Positions 10,317 to 19,268 of a stretch of 64,000 nucleotides of DNA are shown in pieces. Under the pieces are notes generated by a model that made no database searches, was not told the DNA's origin, and saw nothing but the letters and a program-made list of their open reading frames with translations. Made by a program: the position numbers and the translations under genes. This DNA comes from Candidatus Latescibacterota bacterium (GTDB taxonomy: Bacteria > Latescibacterota > UBA2968 > UBA8231), in contig CBDETY010000003.1 in assembly GCA_965243025.1 (NCBI GenBank), positions 5,344,001 to 5,408,000 of the forward strand. Reading direction: 5' to 3'. The stretch's first letter is position 1. The number at the start of each line of letters is the position of its first letter.

Positions 10317-11339
10317 TCATTCCAGATTCTGGGTTTTGACCTGGCCCCAGGTCCGGCTTCTGACGGCGGCCGTCGGGGGATCCTGCGAGGTCGGCAAGAA
10401 CTTCACGGAGTAACTCCTGCTCGAGACCGGACTGCTGAAGTAAGCGATCTGGTCTCCGGCCGGGCTCCAACTGGGCCGGAGGCTCCATTGTCCATCGGAC
10501 GTCAGTTGCCGGATGTCCTGCAGGTCCGGCCCCTGGGCCTGAAAGATTTCGTAGACATACCCTTCGAGCTTCAGGGAGAACGCCAGCCGTTGGCCATCCG
10601 GGGACCAGGACGGGGCATAGATTCCGGACAGGTTGTCGCCGATCTCCCAAAACTCGCCCCCGAACCACTCATGGCCGAACCAATCCCAGACGTAGAGGCG
10701 CGTGCTTGGAACGAAACCGTCGTCGAGGCCGTAGTCCGGTTGTGTGTAGAAAAACGCCAACCGCCCGGACGCAGGCGACCAGCTGACGGTCTCAGGCTCG
10801 CAATCCGGCGTTGCACGATGCCGGCCGGTTTCGGGATCCACAACGCCGGCGTACCCGTGCTGAGCCGTCCGCATGCCCCACCCTTCGACAGTCAGGTACA
10901 GGATGCCGATGGACCACCAGGCAGTCACGTCATAATCCAGGTAACTCAGGGCAATCTCCTGGGTGTTCTGGCCGTCGACCGTCTGCAAGTAGACGACGGG
11001 AACGATTTCACCTTCCCGTATTTCACTTTGCCAGCGGGCAATGCGGTCTCCATCTGGAGACCAGTCCACGGCCCGTCCGTCTCCGACAGGCCGGCGGGGG
11101 CTGTTTTCCGCTGGTTCCTGAACGAAAACCTGCTCCATGTGGTGGAACAGGATCAGGTCCCCTGCGGGAGACCATTTCGGATGCTGCCCGGGCCCCAGGA
11201 TCGTTTCCTCATGGCTGTAGGCGTCCATTACTACCAACTGGCCGTCGATGTCGTGGACCAGTCGGTCGCCGGAAGGGGACCACGACAGGCTTTCCGCGCA
11301 GGCGGAAACAGCGGCCAGGACCAGAAAAGCAGTTATCAT
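10317..11339 (-). CDS. secreted TolB-like (PD40 repeat) beta-propeller 1 with WGxxK tail
   Basis: Signal peptide MITAFLVLAAVSACA, repeated WSP(D/A)G motifs, C-terminus PTAAVRSRTWGQVK. Confidence 0.85.
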   Translation of the reverse strand: MITAFLVLAAVSACAESLSWSPSGDRLVHDIDGQLVVMDAYSHEETILGPGQHPKWSPAGDLILFHHMEQVFVQEPAENSPRRPVGDGRAVDWSPDGDRIARWQSEIREGEIVPVVYLQTVDGQNTQEIALSYLDYDVTAWWSIGILYLTVEGWGMRTAQHGYAGVVDPETGRHRATPDCEPETVSWSPASGRLAFFYTQPDYGLDDGFVPSTRLYVWDWFGHEWFGGEFWEIGDNLSGIYAPSWSPDGQRLAFSLKLEGYVYEIFQAQGPDLQDIRQLTSDGQWSLRPSWSPAGDQIAYFSSPVSSRSYSVKFLPTSQDPPTAAVRSRTWGQVKTQNLE

Positions 11340-13444
11340 GAAGGCGACCCACCTCCGGGAGCTTCGGGCTTTCTTCGTTGACCGGCTTGCTTGGACACGG
11401 CTGCTGTTGCCGAATGCGGGCCAGGTGGTTTTGCCATGCGGTAGCCGACGCGATTCACAGTGAAGACAAACGTGGGATTGCGTGCATCGTCGCCCAGCTT
11501 CTGGCGAATGTCCTTTATATAGGCGCGTATGACCTGCGGATTTGTGGAGTGATCCGAACCCCAGACCCGTTCTCCCAATTGACGGTGGGTCAACACCCGC
11601 CCGGCTTTGATGGAAAGCTCGAGAAGCAGCCTGTATTCCGTCGGGGACAGCTGCACCGCATGGCCGGCCAGGGTCACGGAGCGTTCGTCGTAGTCGATCG
11701 TCAGGTCTCCCAGGCGAAAAGGTGAAGGGGTAACAGCTTGCGGGTATTGCGGGTCGTCGACTGCCTCAATGCGCGACCACTCTGTTCCGCTCTCACCTTG
11801 GTACGAGAGTGCGGACTGCCCGCCGCCTTCCTCGGCAACGGGAATGGTGAAGGTGATTCGCGTCCCCCCTTTGGGTACGTCGCTCTCCGCCCATATCCGG
11901 CCGCCGTGGGCTTCGACTATGCCCTTGCAGATCGCAAGATCCAGACCGCTGTTCCCTGCGTCTTCCTCCCCGTCCTCGCGATCCCTCCTGTAGAATTTCG
12001 TGAACAGGTTCTGCAGGTGCTCCGCAGATACACCCCTGCTTTCGTCTGCTACAGAGATCGCCACGTGGAAATCCGAAGCCCGCGCGGTCACCCTGATAGT
12101 GGACGTATCGGGCGAGTACCTCGAGGCGTTGGCAAAGAGTTTGTCCAGCACCTGGAGGATGCGAAGCTTGCCCGCCTGGATGCGGGGCAGGTTGGGCGGG
12201 AGGTCGAACTCGATGCTGTTCCCCGCCCCACCGCCCAGGAAGGTGCTTCTCGCGTGATCGACCAAGTCATTGAGGTCCGCCGGCTCGGGCGTTAACGACA
12301 GGGCCCCGGTCTCGAGGTGGGTCATGTCGAGAAGGTCGTTGATCAGGCCACGCAGAAGGTCCGCCTGACCGTCGATGATCTGAAAAAGCTGACGCGCCTC
12401 CTCAGGATCAGGGGGAGACGGGGCGTCCAGGGCCATGGCCGTCGAACCCTTGATGGCGGAAAGCGGCAGCCGCAGCTCGTGGCTCGCCTTGGAGAGTAAC
12501 TCGGAGCGCACCTTTTCCAACTCTCCCAGCGGCGTGATGTCCTGGATGACGGCAACAGCGGACAGGATCTGCCCGTCTTGCGAGTAAATCGGGGTGGCGT
12601 TTACGAGCGCGGTAACCGTCTCGCCGTCGGCATGATGGAAAACCAGCTGTTCGGCGCGCACGGTCGCTCCCTTGTCAAGCACCCGCTCCAGAGGGAGCTC
12701 ATCGGTCGCCACCGGATTTCCGGAAGGACGGCTGCAGGTCATCGCCTCGCGGTACTGATCCAGGGTAATGCCGGGCTCTGGAAGGACCCCCATGATCCGC
12801 TCCCCCTCGTAATTGACCGAGAGGACGGTCCGCGTCTCCGCGTCGACGACCAGCACCCCCACGGGCGAGGTGCTGATCAGCGCCTCCAGGTCCGCCCGGG
12901 CCCGATGTTCGCAGCTGTACCTGCGGGCGTTGGCGATGACGGCTGCCGCGTGCGACGCGAACAGTACGAGGATCTCTTCGTCCTCTGGAGTGAACTCCTG
13001 CCCGCCATCCTTCTCGGTCAGATAGAGGTTGCCGAAATTCTTTCCGAGATGCCGGATCGGAATCCCGAGGAAGGTATTCATCGGCGGGTGGTTTTCGGGA
13101 AAGCCGACCGATTCGGGATGCTCGCGGAGATTTGCCAGGCGCAACGGTTTCTGACTCCTGTTCACGTACCCGAGCAGCCCCCTCCCCCCCGGCCCCTCCT
13201 CCTTTATACGTTGACGTTCCTCGGGAGTGATGCCGGAGGTGACGAACTGCTGCAAATCCCTGGTGCCGTCGAAGACCGCAAGCGCGCAGTAACGGGCGTT
13301 GATCAGCAGCCGTGCGTTGTCTACAACCTCTTTCAGGATGGTAACGAGGTCGAGGCTCAGGGCGGTGCGGAGGCTGGCCTCGCTCAGCCGGGAGATCCGA
13401 GCTCCACGCATGTCGTTTCCTGTGCTCCAACTCGGTCCGGGCAT
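11336..13444 (-). CDS. GAF-PAS histidine kinase fused to an OmpR-type winged-helix DNA-binding domain, receiver domain largely deleted; start uncertain (13444 or 13411)
   Basis: GAF (GFPENHPPMNTFLGIPI), PAS, H-box SHELRLPLSAIKG, HATPase (GSGL-like and GGRIW), C-terminal LSPTEYRLL...RQKLGDD..NP...T..RVGYRM. Confidence 0.88.
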   Translation of the reverse strand: MPGPSWSTGNDMRGARISRLSEASLRTALSLDLVTILKEVVDNARLLINARYCALAVFDGTRDLQQFVTSGITPEERQRIKEEGPGGRGLLGYVNRSQKPLRLANLREHPESVGFPENHPPMNTFLGIPIRHLGKNFGNLYLTEKDGGQEFTPEDEEILVLFASHAAAVIANARRYSCEHRARADLEALISTSPVGVLVVDAETRTVLSVNYEGERIMGVLPEPGITLDQYREAMTCSRPSGNPVATDELPLERVLDKGATVRAEQLVFHHADGETVTALVNATPIYSQDGQILSAVAVIQDITPLGELEKVRSELLSKASHELRLPLSAIKGSTAMALDAPSPPDPEEARQLFQIIDGQADLLRGLINDLLDMTHLETGALSLTPEPADLNDLVDHARSTFLGGGAGNSIEFDLPPNLPRIQAGKLRILQVLDKLFANASRYSPDTSTIRVTARASDFHVAISVADESRGVSAEHLQNLFTKFYRRDREDGEEDAGNSGLDLAICKGIVEAHGGRIWAESDVPKGGTRITFTIPVAEEGGGQSALSYQGESGTEWSRIEAVDDPQYPQAVTPSPFRLGDLTIDYDERSVTLAGHAVQLSPTEYRLLLELSIKAGRVLTHRQLGERVWGSDHSTNPQVIRAYIKDIRQKLGDDARNPTFVFTVNRVGYRMAKPPGPHSATAAVSKQAGQRRKPEAPGGGSPS

Positions 13445-13786
13445 GGGTTTGCCCGTCCGTGTTTCGTGGATTTGCCGGTTGAGGATATATCCCACACTTC
13501 CGCATAGCTCATATAACGCGTAACAATTGGTGAGTGTCAAGAATACATTGCCAAGTTATCGCAAAACCCTGAATTAATGGAGATAGTAACGGATTTGAAT
13601 CTTACCTGGTCCGTACTGAGGGCCTATGATTTCACTATGTATCCCCTATATGTATGAGCATGTTTCACTATAGTCTCTGAAAGTCGCTGCTCCTGAAAAC
13701 AATCTTGAAAAACTCCATTTGAACTGACCTTAAGTCGGCCATAGGTTTTCATTTTTTCGAAAATGGGATCTATGGAGGAGGACGGA

Positions 13787-14125
13787 ATGACGGACGAGGT
13801 AACCAAGGCGGCCCTGACTCCTGCCAGGCGCCGCCTGGTGGAAATGATGCAGGAGATCAATTTCGGACGCATAGAAAGACTGGACGTACGGGAAGGGGAA
13901 CCGTTATTCGATCCACCGCCGATGGCGGTGCGTCAAATGGTGTTCGGGAAGAAAAACGGGCCGAACCAGATTCGGAGCCAGGACGGCTACGCACTTAAGA
14001 AGAAGGTGGCGGAATTGTTCGAGGTATTCGACCGGGAGCAGACGTTCCGGGTTCTGGAGCTCGTGATCGACGACGGGCTGCCCCTCCGCATGACCGTGGG
14101 GGAAGGCTCTACTGATTGTTGCTGA
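13787..14125 (+). CDS. small uncharacterised protein 'B', copy 1
   Basis: RBS GGAGGA; highly similar to 14228-14560 (LTPARRRLVEMMQEINFGRIE...KKVAELFEVFDREQTFRVLELVIDDG). Confidence 0.8.
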   Translation: MTDEVTKAALTPARRRLVEMMQEINFGRIERLDVREGEPLFDPPPMAVRQMVFGKKNGPNQIRSQDGYALKKKVAELFEVFDREQTFRVLELVIDDGLPLRMTVGEGSTDCC

Positions 14126-14130
14126 AAAGG

Positions 14131-14156
14131 CCGACACTTTTTCCGATTTGCCGGTA
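14131..14156 (+). promoter_or_regulatory. putative island-sigma promoter, copy 2 (CCGACA-N14-CCGGTA), upstream of B2-sigma
   Basis: Motif shared with the upstream regions of the three A genes. Confidence 0.6.
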
Positions 14157-14227
14157 TGGAACGGTAGCTGAACCGGGATCAAGGAAACCATGGAATTGCA
14201 CGGCGTGACCCCGACGGATCACAAGGC

Positions 14228-14560
14228 ATGACGGATGGTATAACCAGGGCGGCCCTGACTCCTGCCAGGCGCCGCCTGGTCGAAATGATGCAGGAGATCA
14301 ACTTCGGGCGCATCGAAGGGCTCGAAGTACGCTACGGGGAGCCGGTGCTGGATCCACCGCCAAAGGCCGCCCGCCAGATGGTATTCGGCAGGAGGAACGG
14401 GACGAACGCGGGGGACGCCAACCATGGAATTACACTCAATAAGAAAGTGGCGGAATTGTTCGAGGTCTTCGACCGGGAGCAGACGTTCCGGGTCCTGGAG
14501 CTCGTGATTGACGATGGCATGCCCGTCCGCATGACCGTGGCGGACGGGGATCGGACCTGA
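14228..14560 (+). CDS. small uncharacterised protein 'B', copy 2
   Basis: 110 aa tandem paralog of B1. Confidence 0.8.
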   Translation: MTDGITRAALTPARRRLVEMMQEINFGRIEGLEVRYGEPVLDPPPKAARQMVFGRRNGTNAGDANHGITLNKKVAELFEVFDREQTFRVLELVIDDGMPVRMTVADGDRT

Positions 14561-14593
14561 ATCCGGGCCCCAGACAATAGACACGGTATCACA

Positions 14594-14677
14594 CCAGACA
14601 ACCGGCTGGCCGCAGAAGCGGAGGTCGTTGTGGGTGTCGCCAAACCGGCGCCTCACAAGGCTTCCGCTTCTTTGTTT
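14594..14677 (+). promoter_or_regulatory. structured leader/attenuator-like RNA upstream of the sigma gene, copy 1
   Basis: CCAG/CTGG hairpin, then a long stem GAAGCGGAGG..TTGTG..CGCC/GGCG..CACAA..CTTCCGCTTC followed by TTTGTTT. Confidence 0.5.
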
Positions 14678-14741
14678 GAGGCGGCCTTGCCGGTCCAGGT
14701 CGACCCCTGCGCCCGCTTCTGCCCGGCCCGGAGGAGGCGCA

Positions 14742-15332
14742 ATGAGTTTCGACGCCAGGCAAGGCGGCATCGACCGCTATGCCGTTCAGCACATCCGGTT
14801 CAAGGCCCGGCAGCTGGCCGGGCAGGCAGGTTTCGCGGCCAGCGAGCGCAAGGACCTGGAACAGGAGCTGTTCCTGGACCTGTTGACCCGGCTTCCCCAG
14901 TAGGACCCCGAGCGCGGGCGGCGCACCACCTTCATCTCCCGGGTGGTGGCCAACCGGGTTTCCACCCTGATCGAGTCACAGAAGGCGGGTTTGCGGGATT
15001 ACCGTCTCCGCGGCGGTTCGTTGAACGAATGCCTGGAGGACGAGGAAGGGGGTACGGTGGAGCGGCTGGACACCCTGGATGGGGAGGACCACCTGCTGCG
15101 CACCGGGGCGGTGTCGCGGCCGTGGGAGGAGCGGCAGGCCCTGGCCATCGACCTGGCGGCGTTGATGGAAACCCTTCCGCCGGAGTGGGCAATGCTGTGC
15201 CGTCGTTTGCGAGTGGAGACGGTCTCGGAGATTTCCCGGGATACGGGGATTGCGCGGGGGACAATTTACGAGTGGATGGGGAAGCTGCGGCAGATCTTCG
15301 AGGAGGCGGGCCTGAGGGAGTACCTCGATTAG
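14742..15332 (+). pseudogene. sigma-70/ECF-like sigma factor, nonsense-disrupted
   Basis: Colinear with 21044-21634 but TAC (Tyr) is TAG at 14901-14903. Confidence 0.85.
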
Positions 15333-15436
15333 GTACCGAAGTTCGGGCTTCCCGATATAGGAAAGGGGAAAGGTGGTTCGGGGGGCTCAAGTGGGTCGTG
15401 GGCTTCGAGATGGTCCGGGGAAAGAGGAAAGGAGTC

Positions 15437-15462
15437 CCGACACTTTGCTTGTGGTTCCGGTA
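15437..15462 (+). promoter_or_regulatory. putative island-sigma promoter, copy 3, upstream of A2
   Basis: CCGACA-CTTTGCTTGTGGTT-CCGGTA. Confidence 0.6.
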
Positions 15463-15550
15463 AGAAACAAGCGCATACGTAAACAGCGGCAGGGGGGCAC
15501 AAACCTGTTGTGTCGCCCCTTTTCCGAGACACCTCCCAAGGAGGAAAAGA

Positions 15551-16630
15551 ATGAAAGCGCTTTACGGACGAGGAATACTAGTGGACCTGGAAGTTCGGGA
15601 CGCCAGTGAGTACGGCTTCGACACCTTTCAGTTGAATCAAATTCATTCGGGCACGGATATCGATGACATAATCGGCGAGGAGGTGGGAAATATCGATGGT
15701 TGGTTCAATGCTGGAGGTCCTTACAACCTCATTCTCCCCATCCAGTTCTGGGGCGATCCATACGCCTGTCCCAATTACACCAGTGCAAGTGCCGCAAGCG
15801 GTCAAGTAAACATAATTGACCGGGAGGAATGGTACGATAACACCGCCCATGCTTTTTACACGGATCTGAAAATCCGTATCGAAGAGGTGGAAGAATTGGT
15901 TGGATGTCGATTGGTGGGGATACGGTGGAATCATGAAATCGCGCCCAATCTGTTCAAAGAAGGACCGAGGTGGCATGATCACGCTTTGGAAAATCATGAA
16001 ACGGAATACAATTCAGTGTATGAAAACAGTAATGGGGAGGAACTGTGGGAGCAGTGGCGAGAGGCCGTTCCTTCGATTGGATCCAAAAACGCTTATGACG
16101 GGACAAATCTTCCCCAGATTTGGGCACAGTTCCACCCCGAAGTGCCAAGGCTTTACCGCCGGTTTGTGGATTACCAGGTGAATTTACAGAAGACAATGAT
16201 CGAAATCCTGCGTAGCAAGATCGCCAGTGTAAACAGCGATCTGAAATTCATTGTCTATACGCCGCAGCAAGGACCCAACTCGGTCTATGCGAAAGAGGAG
16301 TATACCCTGGACCTGGATGGAGTAGGAAGTCCGGCCAACCCGGTTTGGGAAATCTCTGCCTGGGACTCAGGTTCCCAAGCGGGAAATAAAAGTCTAATCG
16401 ACAATTGGGCAGGACAGGCAGGAGGCAACGATTACTACTTCGTAATGCAGCAGGGGAGCAGCCTTTCGACTGAAAGTGTGGTATCTTACATCGAAAACCT
16501 CCAGAACCCTGGAGTAACCAATCAGCCAGATCACTTTGCTTTCTGGTCAAAATGGAGGAGATTACAAGATCCGGATGCACTATCCGAGCAGAGACAGTAC
16601 ATGAACAAGGTCAAGGAGGCCTTGGGGTAA
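15551..16630 (+). CDS. uncharacterised protein family 'A', copy 2 (most divergent)
   Basis: RBS AAGGAGG; GIRWNHE, RLYRRFVDYQ, IVYTPQQGP, KEEYTLD, WE and FWSKW shared with A1/A3. Confidence 0.8.
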   Translation: MKALYGRGILVDLEVRDASEYGFDTFQLNQIHSGTDIDDIIGEEVGNIDGWFNAGGPYNLILPIQFWGDPYACPNYTSASAASGQVNIIDREEWYDNTAHAFYTDLKIRIEEVEELVGCRLVGIRWNHEIAPNLFKEGPRWHDHALENHETEYNSVYENSNGEELWEQWREAVPSIGSKNAYDGTNLPQIWAQFHPEVPRLYRRFVDYQVNLQKTMIEILRSKIASVNSDLKFIVYTPQQGPNSVYAKEEYTLDLDGVGSPANPVWEISAWDSGSQAGNKSLIDNWAGQAGGNDYYFVMQQGSSLSTESVVSYIENLQNPGVTNQPDHFAFWSKWRRLQDPDALSEQRQYMNKVKEALG

Positions 16631-16808
16631 CGGGTTTGCGGCACCCTATCAACCCCCCACACCACTTCAACCTTCGGAGCCGCTTGGGAGACCCATAGCC
16701 CAGGCAGTTGTAAAAAAATGAACTTGCGGAAGGTAAGAAAAGGATAGGTTGCTGATGCTTTTGTGGATGGATTTCGTCACATGGATCCTGACCAGGAGAT
16801 GACCGGCG

Positions 16809-17756
16809 GTGGAACCAGGAACAGTCTTCACACCAGACAACAATCACGGAAACAAATTGCACATCGCGTCGATCGCCATTGTCCTGTGCCTGGTTCCAGG
16901 GCTGGTCATCGGTAATCCTGAAAAAACGGTGGATCTGCCTTCCGGCAGTTCCATGAGGTTTGTGCGCATTGAGGCGGGTTCCTTTCTGATGGGGACCGCG
17001 GAGAACCGCCAAGAAGAGATTGGTAAGTACGCCGGCAATTATCGCGAATTCCCCCAGCACCGAGTCACCCTCACCAAGGGGTTTTACCTGGGGAAATACG
17101 AGGTCACCCGGGAGCAGTGGGTGGCGGTGATGGGAACAGAGCCTGAAGAGTGGAAAAACTTTCCCGCTTCGTGGAGAGGATCCCAGAGACCTGCTACGAC
17201 AATTTCCTGGTTGCAGGTTCAGGAGTTCATGGGCTTTCTAAGTGAATTCTCCGGTAGGACGTTTCGGTTGCCCACCGAGGCGGAGTGGGAATACGCGGCA
17301 CGAGGGGGAACGGAGACGCTCTGGGTATCGGGAGACGACCAGTCCGAGGCATGGAAACACATGTGTAGACGCACCCTTCGATGCGATGTCGGAAGCGACC
17401 CTTTGTTCGGTAACCCCTGGGGGTTGTTCGACATGCAGGGGAACGTGTGGGAGTTAGTGTTCGATGGCCACTTCAGGGAGTATGCTGAAGAAGTTGTGGA
17501 CCCGGTCGGACCTTCTGCCCGGTTGGAAGGCTTGGCAATTACCCGAGGGGGGGACTCTGGTAACGTAGGAACTGATGATCAACCAGAGTATGTTGTCATT
17601 TATCACTCCCGACCTGCATTCCGTGGTTTATGGGGCATTGATCGGGAAGGTGGTTCCTGGGTCGGCTTTCGCGTCTTGTTAGAGCTCGAAGAAGACCCCA
17701 CGTCCGTTGAAATTCAGGGGTGGGGTGCCATGAAAGAGTCACAGCTTTCGAAATAG
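16809..17756 (+). CDS. formylglycine-generating enzyme (SUMF1/FGE-sulfatase) domain protein with WGxxK tail
   Basis: GSFLMG, E.PQH.V, GKYEVT, RLPTEAEWEYAARGG, NPWGLFDM.GNVWE and GFRV; hydrophobic N-terminal segment; tail PTSVEIQGWGAMK. Confidence 0.9.
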   Translation: MEPGTVFTPDNNHGNKLHIASIAIVLCLVPGLVIGNPEKTVDLPSGSSMRFVRIEAGSFLMGTAENRQEEIGKYAGNYREFPQHRVTLTKGFYLGKYEVTREQWVAVMGTEPEEWKNFPASWRGSQRPATTISWLQVQEFMGFLSEFSGRTFRLPTEAEWEYAARGGTETLWVSGDDQSEAWKHMCRRTLRCDVGSDPLFGNPWGLFDMQGNVWELVFDGHFREYAEEVVDPVGPSARLEGLAITRGGDSGNVGTDDQPEYVVIYHSRPAFRGLWGIDREGGSWVGFRVLLELEEDPTSVEIQGWGAMKESQLSK

Positions 17757-17783
17757 TCCTGCCGAAATACCCCAGATAGATTT

Positions 17784-17890
17784 ACACCAGACAACCGGCT
17801 GGTCGGGGAAAGCTGTTCCTGGACCTGTTGACCCGGCTTCCCAGTACGACCCGGAGGGCGGGCGGCGCACCACCATCATCTCCCGGGTGG
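17784..17890 (+). pseudogene. internally deleted remnant of a third leader-sigma cassette
   Basis: ACACCAGACAACCGGCTGG (leader) joined to AGCTGTTCCTGGACCTGTTGACCCGGCTTCCCAGTACGACCC...TCCCGGGTGG (sigma interior). Confidence 0.85.
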
Positions 17891-17944
17891 GTTGAAAAAG
17901 GTTCGCAAAATCCAAGAGTTGGCAACGCCTTTCGGGGGACAGAA

Positions 17945-19051
17945 TCATGGCTGTATGTACAACGGTAAGGCCTTCTTGGTTTCACCCCAACTCCGGGGTT
18001 CGACTCGGGTGGGATGAGAAGAAAGACCAGAAACGTCAATCACAATTAAACGGGGACCGCGAAAAAAGGCGATCTTGTCTCCCCGGGGGCTCCACTCGGG
18101 AACCCGTTCCTGTTCTTCAGAATGGGTTATTCGGGTCAGCCCCGTTCCATCCGATCCAACGATGAATATCTCTTGATTGTTCCTTTCCATCCTTCCCGCA
18201 AAAACCAGGCGCCGGCCATCAGGAGACCATGAAGGGAACGAGACAGATTCCATGTCGGTTACTTTCGCTGTACTGGCATGGTACTCCCAACTACGGCGAT
18301 CCAGCGAAAGATCTATCATGTGAATCCCAACATCCAAGCCCAGGTGACTCAACCGGTATTTTGGATCCGATTCTTTGCCGGGCACGGGAAATGCCAATTT
18401 TTCAGATGCTGGCGACCATACGCCTCTATACTGCAATGGGGTGCCAGGATTGAACTTTATCTCCGGGTTCCCTACCCTCGAATCGACGTGCGATTTTTTT
18501 TTCAGATCGATAAGGTGTTCTGAAGTTCCCTCCGGGATAAGGTTCCAGACTTCATACGCAATACCCATGGGCCACCAGGCGTATATGTCGAGCGGCTCAA
18601 TGAAAGGGCCCCATACTTCGAAAGCTTCCCTCGGATTGTCTCCATTGGAATCTGCCAGGTGAACAACCATCGCATCCAATTTATGGCCCCTGTCGTTTAC
18701 CTGTTTTCTCGTCGAGAAGGCAAAGCGAGTGCCGTCGGGTGACCACAGAGGAGTTTGTCCTGTGGCCACCGGGAGGGGGTCCGAGCCGTCAGCGTTGACA
18801 AGGAAGATCCTTCCTGAGAGAACGAACAAGATCTGATCGCTGGTTGGAGACCATTTCGGCGCCCATCCAACGCCGATCTCGATGCTTTGTAAGGCATCCA
18901 CATCGACAACGGTGAGGTTGAAATTGAGCGAGTGAACCAGCCTGTCCCCTTTGGGCGACCACGATATCGATTGACCTTGGGCCGCGGAGTTGAAAGCGAA
19001 CAGGAAGACCAGGAAGGTGTTTCGGAGGGGTCCCAACTTCCGTTTTTCCAT
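17945..19051 (-). CDS. secreted TolB-like beta-propeller 2 with WGxxK tail
   Basis: Signal-peptide-like MEKRKLGPLRNTFLVFLFAFNSAAQG, WSP repeats, tail PTRVEPRSWGETK. Confidence 0.83.
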   Translation of the reverse strand: MEKRKLGPLRNTFLVFLFAFNSAAQGQSISWSPKGDRLVHSLNFNLTVVDVDALQSIEIGVGWAPKWSPTSDQILFVLSGRIFLVNADGSDPLPVATGQTPLWSPDGTRFAFSTRKQVNDRGHKLDAMVVHLADSNGDNPREAFEVWGPFIEPLDIYAWWPMGIAYEVWNLIPEGTSEHLIDLKKKSHVDSRVGNPEIKFNPGTPLQYRGVWSPASEKLAFPVPGKESDPKYRLSHLGLDVGIHMIDLSLDRRSWEYHASTAKVTDMESVSFPSWSPDGRRLVFAGRMERNNQEIFIVGSDGTGLTRITHSEEQERVPEWSPRGDKIAFFRGPRLIVIDVSGLSSHPTRVEPRSWGETKKALPLYIQP

Positions 19052-19205
19052 GCTCAAGCCAATTCTCAAATCTGAGGTTACCCCGGCCGGAATTCCGGGG
19101 GATATGGGCCCTTTGATTTCGGCATGGTTGGACATCCTCCTTTTCTCTTCTTCAAGAAATGAAGTGTCCACGAAATCGGGTCAACTCCTGTCTAAATTCC
19201 CTGGA

Positions 19206-19252
19206 GAAAGCAGAAAGGCCGTCCGCTCCGCCCGGATGGCCTTTCTGCTTTC
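19206..19252 (-). terminator. long hairpin/terminator between TolB-like 3 and TolB-like 2
   Basis: GAAAGCAGAAAGGCCGTCCG / CGGATGGCCTTTCTGCTTTC, ~20-bp stem. Confidence 0.65.
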
Positions 19253-19268
19253 CCACCATCAGAGCCGG

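Larger units (their letters stand above)
14444..15351 (+). repeat. ~900 bp direct repeat, copy 1 (B 3' end, leader and sigma gene)
   Basis: Near-identical to 20746-21656. Confidence 0.92.

Noticed and set aside
14901-14903. Programmed amber readthrough or pyrrolysine in the sigma gene
   Set aside because: The other two copies have TAC, TAG is used as a normal stop by many genes here, and no pyl genes are seen; a point mutation or sequencing error is simpler.
16809-17756. FGE/C-type-lectin-fold protein as the target of a diversity-generating retroelement
   Set aside because: No reverse transcriptase, no avd gene, and no template repeat differing at adenines from its 3' region was seen in the window.
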